This document shows positions 8,746 to 19,191 of a stretch of DNA of 64,000 bases, one piece after another. The translations under genes and the position numbers were made by a program. Location: the NCBI GenBank assembly GCA_002344975.1, contig DDUV01000057.1, positions 1 through 64,000 on the forward strand. Direction: 5' to 3'. The notes below the pieces were generated by a model. It was given only the letters and a program-made list of their open reading frames with translations. It did not search any database and had not been told where the DNA came from. Origin of the DNA: Saprospiraceae bacterium UBA2329. Lineage in GTDB: Bacteria > Bacteroidota > Bacteroidia > Chitinophagales > Saprospiraceae. Every line of letters starts with the position of its first letter. The first letter of the stretch is position 1.

Positions 8746-11700
8746 ATGATGCGAAACTTACTCTTAATCAGCTTTTTACTGTTGTCGGCTGTGGCCGCTG
8801 TAGCGCAAACGTCGCTGGGTGGAACCATGACGGACGGTGACTCCAAAGAGCCGGTCATCGGCGGTACGGTACTCCTGTTCAAAAACGGGGTACAAATTAC
8901 AGGTACTACTACCGATTTCGACGGCACTTACAGCATTACCAACCTTGATCCGGGCACCTACGATGTAGAGGCCAGCTATCTGGGCTACCAGAGCCAGCGG
9001 GTTGAAAAGGTGGTCATTTTTGCCGGCAAGGCCAACAAATTGGACTTTGTCATGTCTGCCGGAGTACTCCTCACCACCGTTGAGGTCAAAACCTACCGGG
9101 TGCCTTTGGTGGAGCAGGACAATACCACGCAGGGCCAAACCATCACCAGCGAGCAAATCCGCAACCTGCCCACGCGCAACATCAACGCGCTGGCAGCCAC
9201 CACGGCGGGTCTGGCTTCCGCCGATGAAGGTGGGGCCATCACGGTGCGCGGTTCCCGCTCAGATGCCACCAATTACTATGTGGACGGTATCCGCATTCAG
9301 GGCAACCTCATTCCTGAGTCGGAAATTGACCAAATGCAGGTCATTACCGGCGGTATGGAAGCCCAGTATGGCGACGTGACGGGCGGTATCATTTCCATTA
9401 CCACCAAAGGCCCTTCACAGAAGTTTTCGGGCGGTGTGGAACTGGAAACTTCCAAATACTTCGACGCTTATGCCAACAGCTTGGTGGGTATCAACCTCAC
9501 CGGTCCGATCTGGAAAAACAAAAAGACCGGGGAGTCCATTCTCGGCTATCGCTTCTCCGGCCGCTGGACGCATCAGGTGGATGACCGTCCGCCTGGAATC
9601 CCCGTGTACAATGTAACGGAGGAGAATCTCAAGGCACTCGAAGCCGACCCTATCCTCCGCATCAATAACAGCCCCTTTGTGGCCGCCGACTTTATGAAAG
9701 CCGATGATGTGGATGCGCTCAAAGCGCGCCCCTATGAAACGCTGCGCCGTTACGACGTGACCGCCAAAATTGACGCACGCCTCAGCAAGCAGATTGACAT
9801 TTCGTTTACGGGGGCATTTACCAACACGGAAAACCAGTTTACGCCCGGTGGCTGGCGCGTGTTCAATAGTCACAACAACCCTACGTCTTTCGCCGGCACG
9901 CGTCGCGGCTCCGTTCGCCTGCGCCACCGTTTGGGCGGCGCTGCGGGTGGCGACGATAAAAAATCGGTTATTCAGAATGCTTCGTATTCTTTGCAATTCG
10001 GCTACGAGCAAGAGTTTTACGAAGACTACGATCCGCGCCACGGCCAAAACCATTTTGCTTATGGCCATGTAGGCAATTACGACATACAATGGGTGCCCAC
10101 GTTTGAAGCAATGGTGGATCAGACAACTGGAGAAGTTTCGTTTGTCCACTCGGATAACCGTCAGGTGCTGCGCGGCTATTCCAATGCCGGGTCTTCCAAT
10201 CCGGTATTGTCCAATTACAACAACGCATTGGGCCTTGACTTTTCGGAGGGCCTGAACGGGCAGATTCCCAATGTCATCATTGCCGGTGTAAACGACGGCA
10301 TTGAGAACATTCTCCGCCGGGAAGCCTTCATTGCGCCCAACGGCACCATTTCCAACCAGTTCACTTCTTCCTGGAACTTCCACACCAATGTAGGCACGGT
10401 ATTCAATCGCGTACTCAAGTCGGAAGATGATGTAACGACCTTCAACGTCAATGCTTCGTTCGACCTCGTTCCGAAAGGTGGCGCAGGTAAAGGCCGCCAC
10501 AACATCCAGTTCGGCGCCTGGTATGAGCAGCGCACCAACCGCCAGCACAACGTAGCGCCCCGCGGTTTGTGGGATGTGGCCCGCCAATTGGCCAACAACC
10601 ATATTCTCGGTATTCCGGTGGACGCAGACGGCAACCCGACTTCTCCTGTGATCGGCACCACGCAAGTGACCAACCCGGTGACGGGTGAAGAAGTGACCGT
10701 TGACCTTCACGATGTACAAATCGTGGAAAACGCCGAAGCCGCATTTTACCGCCGCCTGCGCAGTTCTTTGGGTATCACCAACCTGGGGCAATATGTAAAT
10801 GTGGACGGCCTCAATCCGAGCCAGATGAGCCTCAATATGTTCTCTGCCAAAGAATTGAATGACCAGAACATCTTGGGCTACTATGGTTATGACTACCTCG
10901 GCGGAAAATTTGACGGCACCTTTGAAGATTTCTTCACAGCTACCGATGCTGATGGTATCCGCACTTTCCCGGTAGCGCCCAACCGCCCGATTTACCAGGC
11001 ATTCTACATTCAGGACAAGTTCACTTTCCGCGACATCATCTTCCGCCTCGGTTTGCGCGTTGACCGCTACGACGCCAATACCAAGGTGCTCAAAGACAAT
11101 TATTCGCTGTACGAAATCATGGGCGCAGGTGAGTTTCATGATCGTTTTGGTGGTGATCGTCCCGGCAATATCGGCGACGACTTCAAAGTATATACCGCCG
11201 GCGCCGGCAGCGACAATGTGCAAGCCTATCGCGCCGGTGACCAATGGTACCTGCCCAACGGCACGCCCGTGAACAACGTGGCCCTGGCCATTCCTTCCGG
11301 CGTGGTAACGCCCAAATATCAGGATGCCCGCATTGACGACAACATCAACTTCATTCGCGCCCGCGATTTCGATCCGAACGTGAGCTTCAAGGACTACGAA
11401 GTGCAAACCAACTTCATGCCGCGTCTCGCTTTCTCGTTCCCGATTTCCGAAGATGCGAACTTCTTCGCCCACTACGACGTGTTGGTGCAGCGCCCGCCGA
11501 CCAACACCATCGCCACAGCGCTTGACTATTTCTACTTCTTCGACCGCAGCGGCATCCGCAACAACCCCAACCTCAAGCCCGAGCGTACCATTGACTATGA
11601 GGTGGGTTTCAAACAAAAGCTGACCAATGCTTCGGCGCTCACCATTACGGCATATTACAAAGAAATGCGCGACATGATTTCTTCGCGGATTTTCTTCCCC

Positions 11701-12438
11701 GTGCCCATCATCAACCAATACGAAACCTACGACAACCTCGACTTCGGTACGGTGAAAGGTTTCTCTTTTGTGTTCGATCAGCGCCGTTCGGGCAATTTCT
11801 CCATGAATGCCAACTATACGCTGCAATTTGCCGACGGTACCGGCTCCGACGCCAACTCTCAGCGCGCCATTTCCAGCCGCGGTGTGTTGCGCACCCTGTT
11901 CCCGCTCAATTTTGACGAACGTCACCGTTTGGTACTCAGTGCCGACTATCGCTACGACAGCGGCAAACGCTACACCGGTCCGCGTTTGTTCGGTATGGAC
12001 ATCTTCGCCGATGCAGGCGTCAACTTCCAGGCCATTGCTGTTTCCGGCCGTCCTTATACCCGTAAGTTTCTGCCTACGGAGTTAGGCGGCGAGGGTACCA
12101 TCGGCGCCATCAACGGCGCGCGCAACCCTTGGAATTTTACGATAAACTTGCGCGTGGACAAGAGCTTCAATATTGGGGATAAAATGTCGGTGAATGTTTA
12201 TTGCCGCGTTTCCAACCTCTTGGATCGCCGCAACATCATTGGCGTATATCCTGCTACCGGCTCGGCTACCGATGACGGCTTCATTCGTTCGGCTTTCGGG
12301 CAAAACCAAATTACGAGCGTACAAAATTCATTGCGCGAAGTGGATGCTTATCTGGCATCTTACCAGTGGGCCTTGCTCAATCCGGGCAATTTCAGCCTGC
12401 CACGCCGTATTTTTGTAGGCGCTATTTTTGATTTCTAA
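8746..12438 (+). CDS. TonB-dependent outer-membrane receptor with N-terminal carboxypeptidase-regulatory-like domain
   Basis: Signal peptide, a CarbopepD_reg-like region (VIGGTVLLFKNGVQITGTTTDFDGTYSITNLDPGTYDV), a plug (TITSEQIRNLPTRNINALAATTAGL…VRGSRSDATNYYVDGIRIQG) and a long beta-barrel ending in aromatic Phe (…GAIFDF). Confidence 0.8.
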   Translation: MMRNLLLISFLLLSAVAAVAQTSLGGTMTDGDSKEPVIGGTVLLFKNGVQITGTTTDFDGTYSITNLDPGTYDVEASYLGYQSQRVEKVVIFAGKANKLDFVMSAGVLLTTVEVKTYRVPLVEQDNTTQGQTITSEQIRNLPTRNINALAATTAGLASADEGGAITVRGSRSDATNYYVDGIRIQGNLIPESEIDQMQVITGGMEAQYGDVTGGIISITTKGPSQKFSGGVELETSKYFDAYANSLVGINLTGPIWKNKKTGESILGYRFSGRWTHQVDDRPPGIPVYNVTEENLKALEADPILRINNSPFVAADFMKADDVDALKARPYETLRRYDVTAKIDARLSKQIDISFTGAFTNTENQFTPGGWRVFNSHNNPTSFAGTRRGSVRLRHRLGGAAGGDDKKSVIQNASYSLQFGYEQEFYEDYDPRHGQNHFAYGHVGNYDIQWVPTFEAMVDQTTGEVSFVHSDNRQVLRGYSNAGSSNPVLSNYNNALGLDFSEGLNGQIPNVIIAGVNDGIENILRREAFIAPNGTISNQFTSSWNFHTNVGTVFNRVLKSEDDVTTFNVNASFDLVPKGGAGKGRHNIQFGAWYEQRTNRQHNVAPRGLWDVARQLANNHILGIPVDADGNPTSPVIGTTQVTNPVTGEEVTVDLHDVQIVENAEAAFYRRLRSSLGITNLGQYVNVDGLNPSQMSLNMFSAKELNDQNILGYYGYDYLGGKFDGTFEDFFTATDADGIRTFPVAPNRPIYQAFYIQDKFTFRDIIFRLGLRVDRYDANTKVLKDNYSLYEIMGAGEFHDRFGGDRPGNIGDDFKVYTAGAGSDNVQAYRAGDQWYLPNGTPVNNVALAIPSGVVTPKYQDARIDDNINFIRARDFDPNVSFKDYEVQTNFMPRLAFSFPISEDANFFAHYDVLVQRPPTNTIATALDYFYFFDRSGIRNNPNLKPERTIDYEVGFKQKLTNASALTITAYYKEMRDMISSRIFFPVPIINQYETYDNLDFGTVKGFSFVFDQRRSGNFSMNANYTLQFADGTGSDANSQRAISSRGVLRTLFPLNFDERHRLVLSADYRYDSGKRYTGPRLFGMDIFADAGVNFQAIAVSGRPYTRKFLPTELGGEGTIGAINGARNPWNFTINLRVDKSFNIGDKMSVNVYCRVSNLLDRRNIIGVYPATGSATDDGFIRSAFGQNQITSVQNSLREVDAYLASYQWALLNPGNFSLPRRIFVGAIFDF

Positions 12439-12445
12439 TCGTATT

Positions 12446-12501
12446 GAAGTCAGGAGGTAACCGGAAGTTACCGCCTGACTTCACTCACTCTGACTTTTTT
12501 T
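12446..12501 (+). terminator. Intrinsic terminator built from 37-bp palindromic element (copy 2) plus T-run
   Basis: GAAGTCAGGAGGTAACCGGAAGTTACCGCCTGACTTC followed by …GACTTTTTTTT, directly after the TonB-dependent receptor gene stop. Confidence 0.65.
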
Positions 12502-12544
12502 TGAATTGACTTTCAAAATTGTTGACTTTTAAACTTTTTCTAAT

Positions 12545-15500
12545 ATGCTCAACAGAAAACTTTGGTTTTGGAACACGGCTCTGGGCCTGTTGATGACCTT
12601 GCCGGTCATAGCCAATGTGAATCCAAACTTACAGCGGAGCAGAGAAACACCGGCTAAACCGGGCAACAACGTTTCTTTCCGATTCAACTGCGACAAAGCC
12701 CTTGCGCAAACCGATCAGGCCATCAACAACGTACGTGCGCGTTTGCTCACCGGCGGTGATGTATGGTGGGATGCAGCTCCGCAAAACGCCAACGGCCGGT
12801 ATGTGGTGCCCAAAGTGCCACCCGGCGTGCCGGAAGTTTCTTCTTTGTTTGCCGGCGCTGTATGGCTCGGCGGTTTGGACCCTGCCGGCAACCTGAAAGT
12901 AGCCGCGCAGACGTATGGTTCTTCTTCCGGAGACAAAGACTTCTGGCCTGGCCCATTAGACCCCGAAACCGGCGGCACCGATCAAACTGTATGCTCCAAG
13001 TGGGACCGCTTTTTCACTGTGAAAGGCAGTAACATTGAGTTGCACATCAAAAATTTCAAAAAAGCGCAGGCAGACGGCGTCCCCTACGATCCCGATCTCA
13101 TTCCTTTGGATGTGAAGGGCTGGCCCGGCCGCGGCAACCCGTTCTTTCAGGAAATCAACCGTTTTGCATTGCCCAATACGCGCCAGGGTTTGGCCGGCTT
13201 CTGGGATGAAGACGGCGATATGGATTACAACCCGGAATTTGGCGACTATCCCATCATCGAAATCCGGGGCTGCGAAGACAGCCCGCAATATCCGGATGAG
13301 ATGACCTTCTGGATTTACAACGACAACGGCAACATCCACTCGGAATCTCGCGGCGACGCCATCCAGATGGAAGTGCAGGTGCAGGCTTTTGCTTATGCTA
13401 CCAACAACGAACTCAACGACATGACCTTCCAGCGCTACAAGCTCATCAACCGCGCTATTGAGGATATTGACAGTACTTTCTTTGCCATGTGGTCCGACCC
13501 CGACTTGGGTTGCTACACCGACGACTATGTGGGCTGCGATACTTCCCGGAGTTTGGCTTATGTATATAACATTGACGCCGCCGATGGACAAACCGGATGT
13601 ACCTGCCCGCAAGGGGTGAATACTTATTGTGAAAACATTCCTATTCTGGGCATTGACTATTTCCGGGGCCCCTTGCGCTACATTGAGGATGCCCAAGGAC
13701 ATGTCATTGACACAGTAGAAATAGGCATGTCTTCGTTCACATACTTCAACAACGGCGGTGTGACGCCCACGCCCGCGCCGGGCACAACCGACCCGAACAA
13801 CGCGCAGGAATACTACAACTATCTGACAGGTTCCTGGCGCGACGGCTCGCCGTTTACCTATGGCGGCGATGCTTATCAGGATGGCCCGCCGATCAAGTAC
13901 GCGTTCACGGAAGCGCCCGACAATCAAACAGGCTGGAGCATGTGTACGCAGGCCCTGCCCGCCGGCGACCGCCGTACCATTCAGGCTTCGGGGCCGTTCA
14001 AATTGCGTCCCGGCGACATCAACGAACTCATCATTGGCGTGGTATGGGTGCCCGATCAGCGTTACCCTTGTCCCAGCATCAAGAAGTTGCAGGAAGCCGA
14101 CGACATCGCACAAGACTTGTTCGACGCTTGTTTCAGATTGCCCAACTGCCCGGATGCACCCGATGTGGACTTCGTGGAATTGGATCGCGAGATCATAGCC
14201 ATTTTTACCAATGACCAGAATTCCTCCAACAACTTCGGTGAAAGCTATGCACAGGCAGGTTTGGGGATTCCGCAAGAATTTGCAGACTCGCTGTTTGTAT
14301 TCGAGGGCTACAAGCTGTTTCAGGTTTCCCGCCCGGATGTCAAGTTGGATGCTTCTACTCTGGATGACCCATCTAAAGTGCGTCTCATCTATCAGGTGGA
14401 CGTGAAAAACGGCATCAATCGCATCTTCAACTGGAGAACTTTGAGCGATGCATTGGATACGCCGACGGCTGAAGAATACTTCACGCCGGAGTTGCAGGTG
14501 GACGGCGCCGACCTCGGCATACGCCATACTTTCCGCATTACGGAAGACCAATTTGCCGTGGGTGATCGCCGTTTGATCAATCACAAACTGTACTATTTCA
14601 TTGCGGTAGCGTATGCTCACAATGAATACTTGCCTTTCGATCCGGTACAGGTATTGGGCCAAAAAGCACCCTACTGTGAAGGCCGTCGCAACATCGGCCC
14701 CAACGGTGACGGCTTGCCCTACGCTGCTGTGCCGCGCCCCATCACCGACCGCCGCCTCAATGCCCAATACGGCGACGGCGTGGTCATTACCCGTGTGGAT
14801 GGAGCTGGTACCGGCGAAAACTTCTTAGATATTTCCAGCGAGACCCGCGCACTCATTGAGGCGGATGTCAAGGCGGATGCTCAACTCGGCGCTTTCCGCG
14901 GCGAGATCACTTATACGGCTGGTCGCGGTCCTATCGAGGTGAAGGTATTCAACCCCTTGGATGTAAAAGACGGCGACTTTGAACTGCGTTTTGTGGACGG
15001 CAATATGAATGACAACGTATTGGCAACAAACGCGCGTTGGGAACTGCGTCGTACGGATATTCCCAACGAACCGCTCATTGCATCGGAAACGACCATCGAG
15101 AAACTCAATGAGCAGATCATCAAGAAATATGGATTCAGTGTCACCATTGGTCAGACAGATGTGCCCGGCACCCGACGCGACCGCTCCAACGGCGTGTTGG
15201 GTTATGAAGAGCAATATGCTCGTACAGGCGCCAACCGTTGGCTCACAGGCATAAAAGACGACGTTTTGCCGGGCTTTAACCTCTTGGACCAAGTCGTATT
15301 CAACTATGTGCTGACTGGTACCGGCGAGCGGGATGAGATTTACGATCCCACACAGGCATTCACCAACATGGGGCCGGGTTACTTTGTACCGTTCTATTTG
15401 ACCAACTGGTCGCGTGTTGGAGAAGGAGGGCCGGTATTCATCTCCCCGAGCTGGTTTGAGTCTTCCGGTATGAACATCGTGCGCACGCAGTCCGGGCTTC

Positions 15501-16693
15501 AGTTCCTGAACAATGTGGACGTCGTGTTTACCTCCAATAAAGACCTCTGGAGCCGTTGCGTGGTGGTAGAGACGAACAGCACTTTTATGTCGGATGCGGG
15601 CGTAGTTTCCAAAGGCAACCGCAGAAACTTCGACGTGCGTTCTGATTCCTCTGTGCTTAAAACGGCCAACCCCGCGACCGGCTTACCGGTAGTGGGAAGG
15701 CTCGGAACTACCGACCCTGCTCTCGGCATGGGCTGGTTCCCCGGTTACGCCATAGATGTGGAGACGGGACAGCGACTCAATGTTTTCTTTGGTGAAAACT
15801 CGGGGTATCGTTTTGACGATCAGTTGTTTGTTACACCGGAGACCTTCAACAATGAAGGCCCTCGCGGCGCCGACATGATGTTCAATCCGACGGCACAAAT
15901 GAAGGTGTTCCCTACCAGTCCGGAGATCAGTCTCCTTCAATACTATATGGGCGGTCAGCACTTTGTTTACGTCACTCGCACACCTTATGACAAGGGCGAA
16001 TTCTTTGCAAATCGTTTCCGCCCGGCGCCCATACCTGTGCTGAACAAGGTAGCTGCCGTGAACCAGATTACCTGGGCAGGTATGCTGATGACCACGCCGA
16101 CGGCGCCGTTCAAGTCCTACGCTGATGGTTTGATCCCCGATGATGTGACGGTGAAGCTCCGTGTTCGCGCCCCCTACAAGGTGGAAACCGAGCGCGTGAT
16201 CAATAATGCCAACCCGCGCGTAGTGGTGCCGCGCACCGGCACGGTGGTGAACAATTATCACCCGGCCTACCGCTTCAGCGTCAGGGGCAAGCAGGCTTCC
16301 GATCTGGATGCCGACGGCGTACAAACCGCTTTGGACAACATCAATGTAGTACCCAACCCGTATTATGGTTTCTCCGACTACGAAACGTCGCAGTTTACGA
16401 ATGTCATCAAGGTGACCAATTTGCCGGCCAAATGCGTGGTGACGATTTACTCGCTTGACGGCAAGTTCATTCGCCAATACAACCGCGACGAAGTGGGGGC
16501 AATTCCGGACGGCACGAATCGCGGCATTGAGCGCAAGCAAATTGTACCCGATTTGGAATGGGATTTGAAAAACACCAAGGGCATTCCGGTGGCCAGCGGC
16601 GTATATCTCATCCACGTTAAAGCGCCGGGTATGGGCGAACGCACGATCAAATGGTTCGGGGTGAACCGCAAGTTTGACCCCTCCGGTTTGTAA
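12545..16693 (+). CDS. porU: Large secreted protein with T9SS C-terminal domain; candidate PorU (T9SS C-terminal signal peptidase)
   Basis: 1382 aa with a signal peptide and a C-terminal CTD-like tail (…VPNPYYGF…VVTIYSLDGKF…GVYLIHVKAPG…). It sits immediately upstream of, and slightly overlapping, the PorV gene, which is the conserved porU-porV order. The C25 catalytic dyad could not be verified by eye. Confidence 0.5.
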   Translation: MLNRKLWFWNTALGLLMTLPVIANVNPNLQRSRETPAKPGNNVSFRFNCDKALAQTDQAINNVRARLLTGGDVWWDAAPQNANGRYVVPKVPPGVPEVSSLFAGAVWLGGLDPAGNLKVAAQTYGSSSGDKDFWPGPLDPETGGTDQTVCSKWDRFFTVKGSNIELHIKNFKKAQADGVPYDPDLIPLDVKGWPGRGNPFFQEINRFALPNTRQGLAGFWDEDGDMDYNPEFGDYPIIEIRGCEDSPQYPDEMTFWIYNDNGNIHSESRGDAIQMEVQVQAFAYATNNELNDMTFQRYKLINRAIEDIDSTFFAMWSDPDLGCYTDDYVGCDTSRSLAYVYNIDAADGQTGCTCPQGVNTYCENIPILGIDYFRGPLRYIEDAQGHVIDTVEIGMSSFTYFNNGGVTPTPAPGTTDPNNAQEYYNYLTGSWRDGSPFTYGGDAYQDGPPIKYAFTEAPDNQTGWSMCTQALPAGDRRTIQASGPFKLRPGDINELIIGVVWVPDQRYPCPSIKKLQEADDIAQDLFDACFRLPNCPDAPDVDFVELDREIIAIFTNDQNSSNNFGESYAQAGLGIPQEFADSLFVFEGYKLFQVSRPDVKLDASTLDDPSKVRLIYQVDVKNGINRIFNWRTLSDALDTPTAEEYFTPELQVDGADLGIRHTFRITEDQFAVGDRRLINHKLYYFIAVAYAHNEYLPFDPVQVLGQKAPYCEGRRNIGPNGDGLPYAAVPRPITDRRLNAQYGDGVVITRVDGAGTGENFLDISSETRALIEADVKADAQLGAFRGEITYTAGRGPIEVKVFNPLDVKDGDFELRFVDGNMNDNVLATNARWELRRTDIPNEPLIASETTIEKLNEQIIKKYGFSVTIGQTDVPGTRRDRSNGVLGYEEQYARTGANRWLTGIKDDVLPGFNLLDQVVFNYVLTGTGERDEIYDPTQAFTNMGPGYFVPFYLTNWSRVGEGGPVFISPSWFESSGMNIVRTQSGLQFLNNVDVVFTSNKDLWSRCVVVETNSTFMSDAGVVSKGNRRNFDVRSDSSVLKTANPATGLPVVGRLGTTDPALGMGWFPGYAIDVETGQRLNVFFGENSGYRFDDQLFVTPETFNNEGPRGADMMFNPTAQMKVFPTSPEISLLQYYMGGQHFVYVTRTPYDKGEFFANRFRPAPIPVLNKVAAVNQITWAGMLMTTPTAPFKSYADGLIPDDVTVKLRVRAPYKVETERVINNANPRVVVPRTGTVVNNYHPAYRFSVRGKQASDLDADGVQTALDNINVVPNPYYGFSDYETSQFTNVIKVTNLPAKCVVTIYSLDGKFIRQYNRDEVGAIPDGTNRGIERKQIVPDLEWDLKNTKGIPVASGVYLIHVKAPGMGERTIKWFGVNRKFDPSGL

Positions 16694-16778
16694 TCAACAA
16701 TCATTGGAGAGCCGGTTTGATACCGCAAGGAAGACCGGCTCTCTTCTTTTTCTTTTTATTTTACTTCAAACATCGAGC

Positions 16779-17822
16779 ATGAAAAAATTAATCTACACCA
16801 TACTCTTGTTGCCGGCCATTGTGGGAACCGCCTTAGCGGGCAACCCCGACCGTCAGGGGGAAGCCGGCGCGTATGAGTTGCTGATGAATCCCTGGGCCAA
16901 GAGTGCCGGTTTGCATACCATGACCACCGCAAATGTGTCGGGTGTGGAGGCCAACTGGATCAACGTGGCGGGCATGTCGCGCATCAACAAAACAGAAGTA
17001 GCAGTAGGCAATGCCGACTACCTGCGCGGCACCGATATTCGTATGAATGCCTTCGGTATTTCGCAGCGCGTGGGCAAAAAGGGAGCCTTCGGCCTCAGCA
17101 TCATGGCCCTGGATTTCGGCGATATTGCGGTAACGACTACCGATCAGCCTGAAGGTACCGGCGCTACATACTCTCCTTCATTTTTCAACATCGGCTTTGG
17201 ATATGCCCATACTTTTGAAAACAAAGTGTCGGTAGGCGTGTTGGTGCGCGGCGTGTCTGAAACCATCGCCGACGTAGGCGCTTTCGGATTTGCCATTGAT
17301 GCGGGGGTGCAGTATGTGTCAGGAGATCAGGATAATTTCAAGTTCGGCATTTCGCTTCGCAATATCGGTTCCCGCATGAGTTTTGGAGGCGAGGGCTTGT
17401 CGGTAAATGGCCCCAGTTCCAATGGCGGAGGTTACAATCTTACCTTCAATCAGCGTTCTGCCGGTTTTGAACTTCCTTCTACCTTGAACATCGGGTTGTC
17501 TTATGATTTTTATCTGGGCGAGAAAAACCGGATTACAGCATTAGGCAATTTTACAGCCAACTCCTTTTCGGAAGACGCCATTGGCGGTGGTTTGGAGTAT
17601 GGGTTCAACAACATCGTTATGTTGCGCGCAGGTTATCTATACGATTTTGGCTCTAAAGACGTAGTGTCTGCTCCTTTGTATGCAGGCCCCAGCGCGGGCG
17701 CTACTTTTGAGTTGCCCCTGAGCAAGGAAAACAAGAAAACCCGCCTCGGCATTGATTACGGCTGGCGGCAGACCAACATTTTCAACGGTACGCATAACAT
17801 CGGCGTTCGTCTGAATATGTAA
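16779..17822 (+). CDS. porV: PorV/LptO family T9SS outer-membrane beta-barrel protein
   Basis: About 348 aa with a signal peptide (MKKLIYTILLLPAIVGTALA) and a FadL-like beta-barrel with alternating hydrophobic strands ending …GVRLNM. Context next to the porU candidate. Start placed at the internal ATG 16779; the track ORF starts upstream at 16674. Confidence 0.65.
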   Translation: MKKLIYTILLLPAIVGTALAGNPDRQGEAGAYELLMNPWAKSAGLHTMTTANVSGVEANWINVAGMSRINKTEVAVGNADYLRGTDIRMNAFGISQRVGKKGAFGLSIMALDFGDIAVTTTDQPEGTGATYSPSFFNIGFGYAHTFENKVSVGVLVRGVSETIADVGAFGFAIDAGVQYVSGDQDNFKFGISLRNIGSRMSFGGEGLSVNGPSSNGGGYNLTFNQRSAGFELPSTLNIGLSYDFYLGEKNRITALGNFTANSFSEDAIGGGLEYGFNNIVMLRAGYLYDFGSKDVVSAPLYAGPSAGATFELPLSKENKKTRLGIDYGWRQTNIFNGTHNIGVRLNM

Positions 17823-17876
17823 TGCCTGCGTTGCAAAAATTACGCTCACAGCTTGTGTTTTGCTGAAAGTGTGCGT

Positions 17877-17884
17877 ATCTTTGC
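17877..17884 (+). promoter_or_regulatory. Bacteroidota sigma-A type -7 element (TAnnTTTG) upstream of greA
   Basis: TATCTTTG sits about 100 bp upstream of the greA ATG. Only the consensus match supports it. Confidence 0.3.
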
Positions 17885-17982
17885 ACTTCTAAATAACAAT
17901 CAAAGGCAAAAACGCTTCCGCAATGCTGTGGGAGCGTTTTTGTCTTTTTTAATTTTTATCAACCGAATAAAACGAATTTCCT

Positions 17983-18459
17983 ATGGCAGGGTACAATTAT
18001 TTGACCAAGGAAGGACATGACAAACTGAAAGCGGAATTGGAAGACCTCAAAACCAGAGGCCGTGATGAAGCCGCCCGCGCCATTGCCGAGGCTCGCGAAA
18101 AAGGCGACCTTTCGGAAAATGCAGAATATGATGCCGCCAAAAATGCACAGGGCATGCTGGAGTTGCGCATCAATGAGTTGGAAAAAGTGATGGCCAATGC
18201 CAGAATTTTAGATGGTTCGCATCTGGATGAGTCAAAAGTGACGGTACTGTCCAATGTGACCATCCGCAACTTGAAGACCATGAAAGAAATGTCTTATAAA
18301 TTGGTTTCCGAGTCGGAGGCCGACCTGAAGGCTGGCCGTGTGTCGGTCAGCTCGCCTATGGGCGCCGGGTTGTTGGGCAAGACGGTAGGCGATTTGGCTG
18401 TGGTAGAAACGCCGCGTGGCAATATGGAATTTGAAATTGTCAATATCTCAATTGATTGA
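17983..18459 (+). CDS. greA: Transcription elongation factor GreA
   Basis: MAGYNYLTKEGHDKLKAELEDLKT…GDLSENAEYDAAK… coiled-coil N-domain plus a C-terminal FKBP-like domain; 158 aa. Confidence 0.9.
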   Translation: MAGYNYLTKEGHDKLKAELEDLKTRGRDEAARAIAEAREKGDLSENAEYDAAKNAQGMLELRINELEKVMANARILDGSHLDESKVTVLSNVTIRNLKTMKEMSYKLVSESEADLKAGRVSVSSPMGAGLLGKTVGDLAVVETPRGNMEFEIVNISID

Positions 18460-18463
18460 TCTC

Positions 18464-18856
18464 ATGCCGAGCATTTTCTCCCGTATTGTAGCCGGCGAGA
18501 TTCCTTGCCACAAAATTGCCGAAACAGAAGAATATCTGGCCTTTTTGGATGTCAATCCGCGCGCTGTGGGGCACACGTTGGTCATTCCCAAGTTGGAGAC
18601 CGATTACATCTTCGACATGGAAGACAAGGCGCTGGCGGGCTTGATGGTGTTTGCAAAGCGCGTAGCCCGCGCTGTTGAGGCGGCTGTACCCTGCGCCCGC
18701 ATCGGGGTGGCGGTCATTGGTTTGGAAGTGCCGCATACGCATGTACATTTGGTGCCGCTCAATCGCATCGCTGATCTGAGTTTCGAGCGTCCGCCGATTG
18801 CCCTCACACAAGAGGAACTGGCTGCGACCGCCGCTCGAATCCGGGCCGCGCTGTAA
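18464..18856 (+). CDS. HIT (histidine triad) family hydrolase
   Basis: …NPRAVGHTLVIPK… and the HxHxHxx motif (PHTHVHLVP). Starts 5 nt after the greA stop. Confidence 0.85.
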   Translation: MPSIFSRIVAGEIPCHKIAETEEYLAFLDVNPRAVGHTLVIPKLETDYIFDMEDKALAGLMVFAKRVARAVEAAVPCARIGVAVIGLEVPHTHVHLVPLNRIADLSFERPPIALTQEELAATAARIRAAL

Positions 18857-18873
18857 CGGCAACTTGAGTTTCC

Positions 18874-18917
18874 GGGAAACGGGTATCTGCTTAGGTGGGT
18901 ACCCGTTTTTTTGTGCC
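18874..18917 (+). terminator. Rho-independent terminator after greA-HIT operon
   Basis: AACGGGTA…TACCCGTT stem followed by TTTTTTT. Confidence 0.5.
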
Positions 18918-19191
18918 TGTATTTCAGGGCGCTATGGAGGGTGGCGCTGCCGTTGGTATGGCTTTGGGCAAGGTGCTGAATAGTAGTTATGAAAATTTAT
19001 ATATTTTTTTATACATTGATTTACAGCGTTTTGTGTGTTTTTTATGGCGCTGTATCCTGTCTTTTTTAAAATTGGTATCATTTTTGGTTTAGATGAAGGG
19101 TAGTTAGTTCATCCCAAAATTTTCCGGGAAACGTACCGACAAAAGGATGTGCGGCTGAAGTACCGCGTATGTACGGCGGCCAGTCATCCTT

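Noticed and set aside
8746-12438. Considered whether the 1230-aa outer-membrane protein is SprA/a T9SS component, given its position before porU
   Set aside because: It has a clear TonB-box/plug and a C-terminal Phe barrel, so it is an ordinary TonB-dependent receptor. It is also separated from the porU candidate by a strong terminator.
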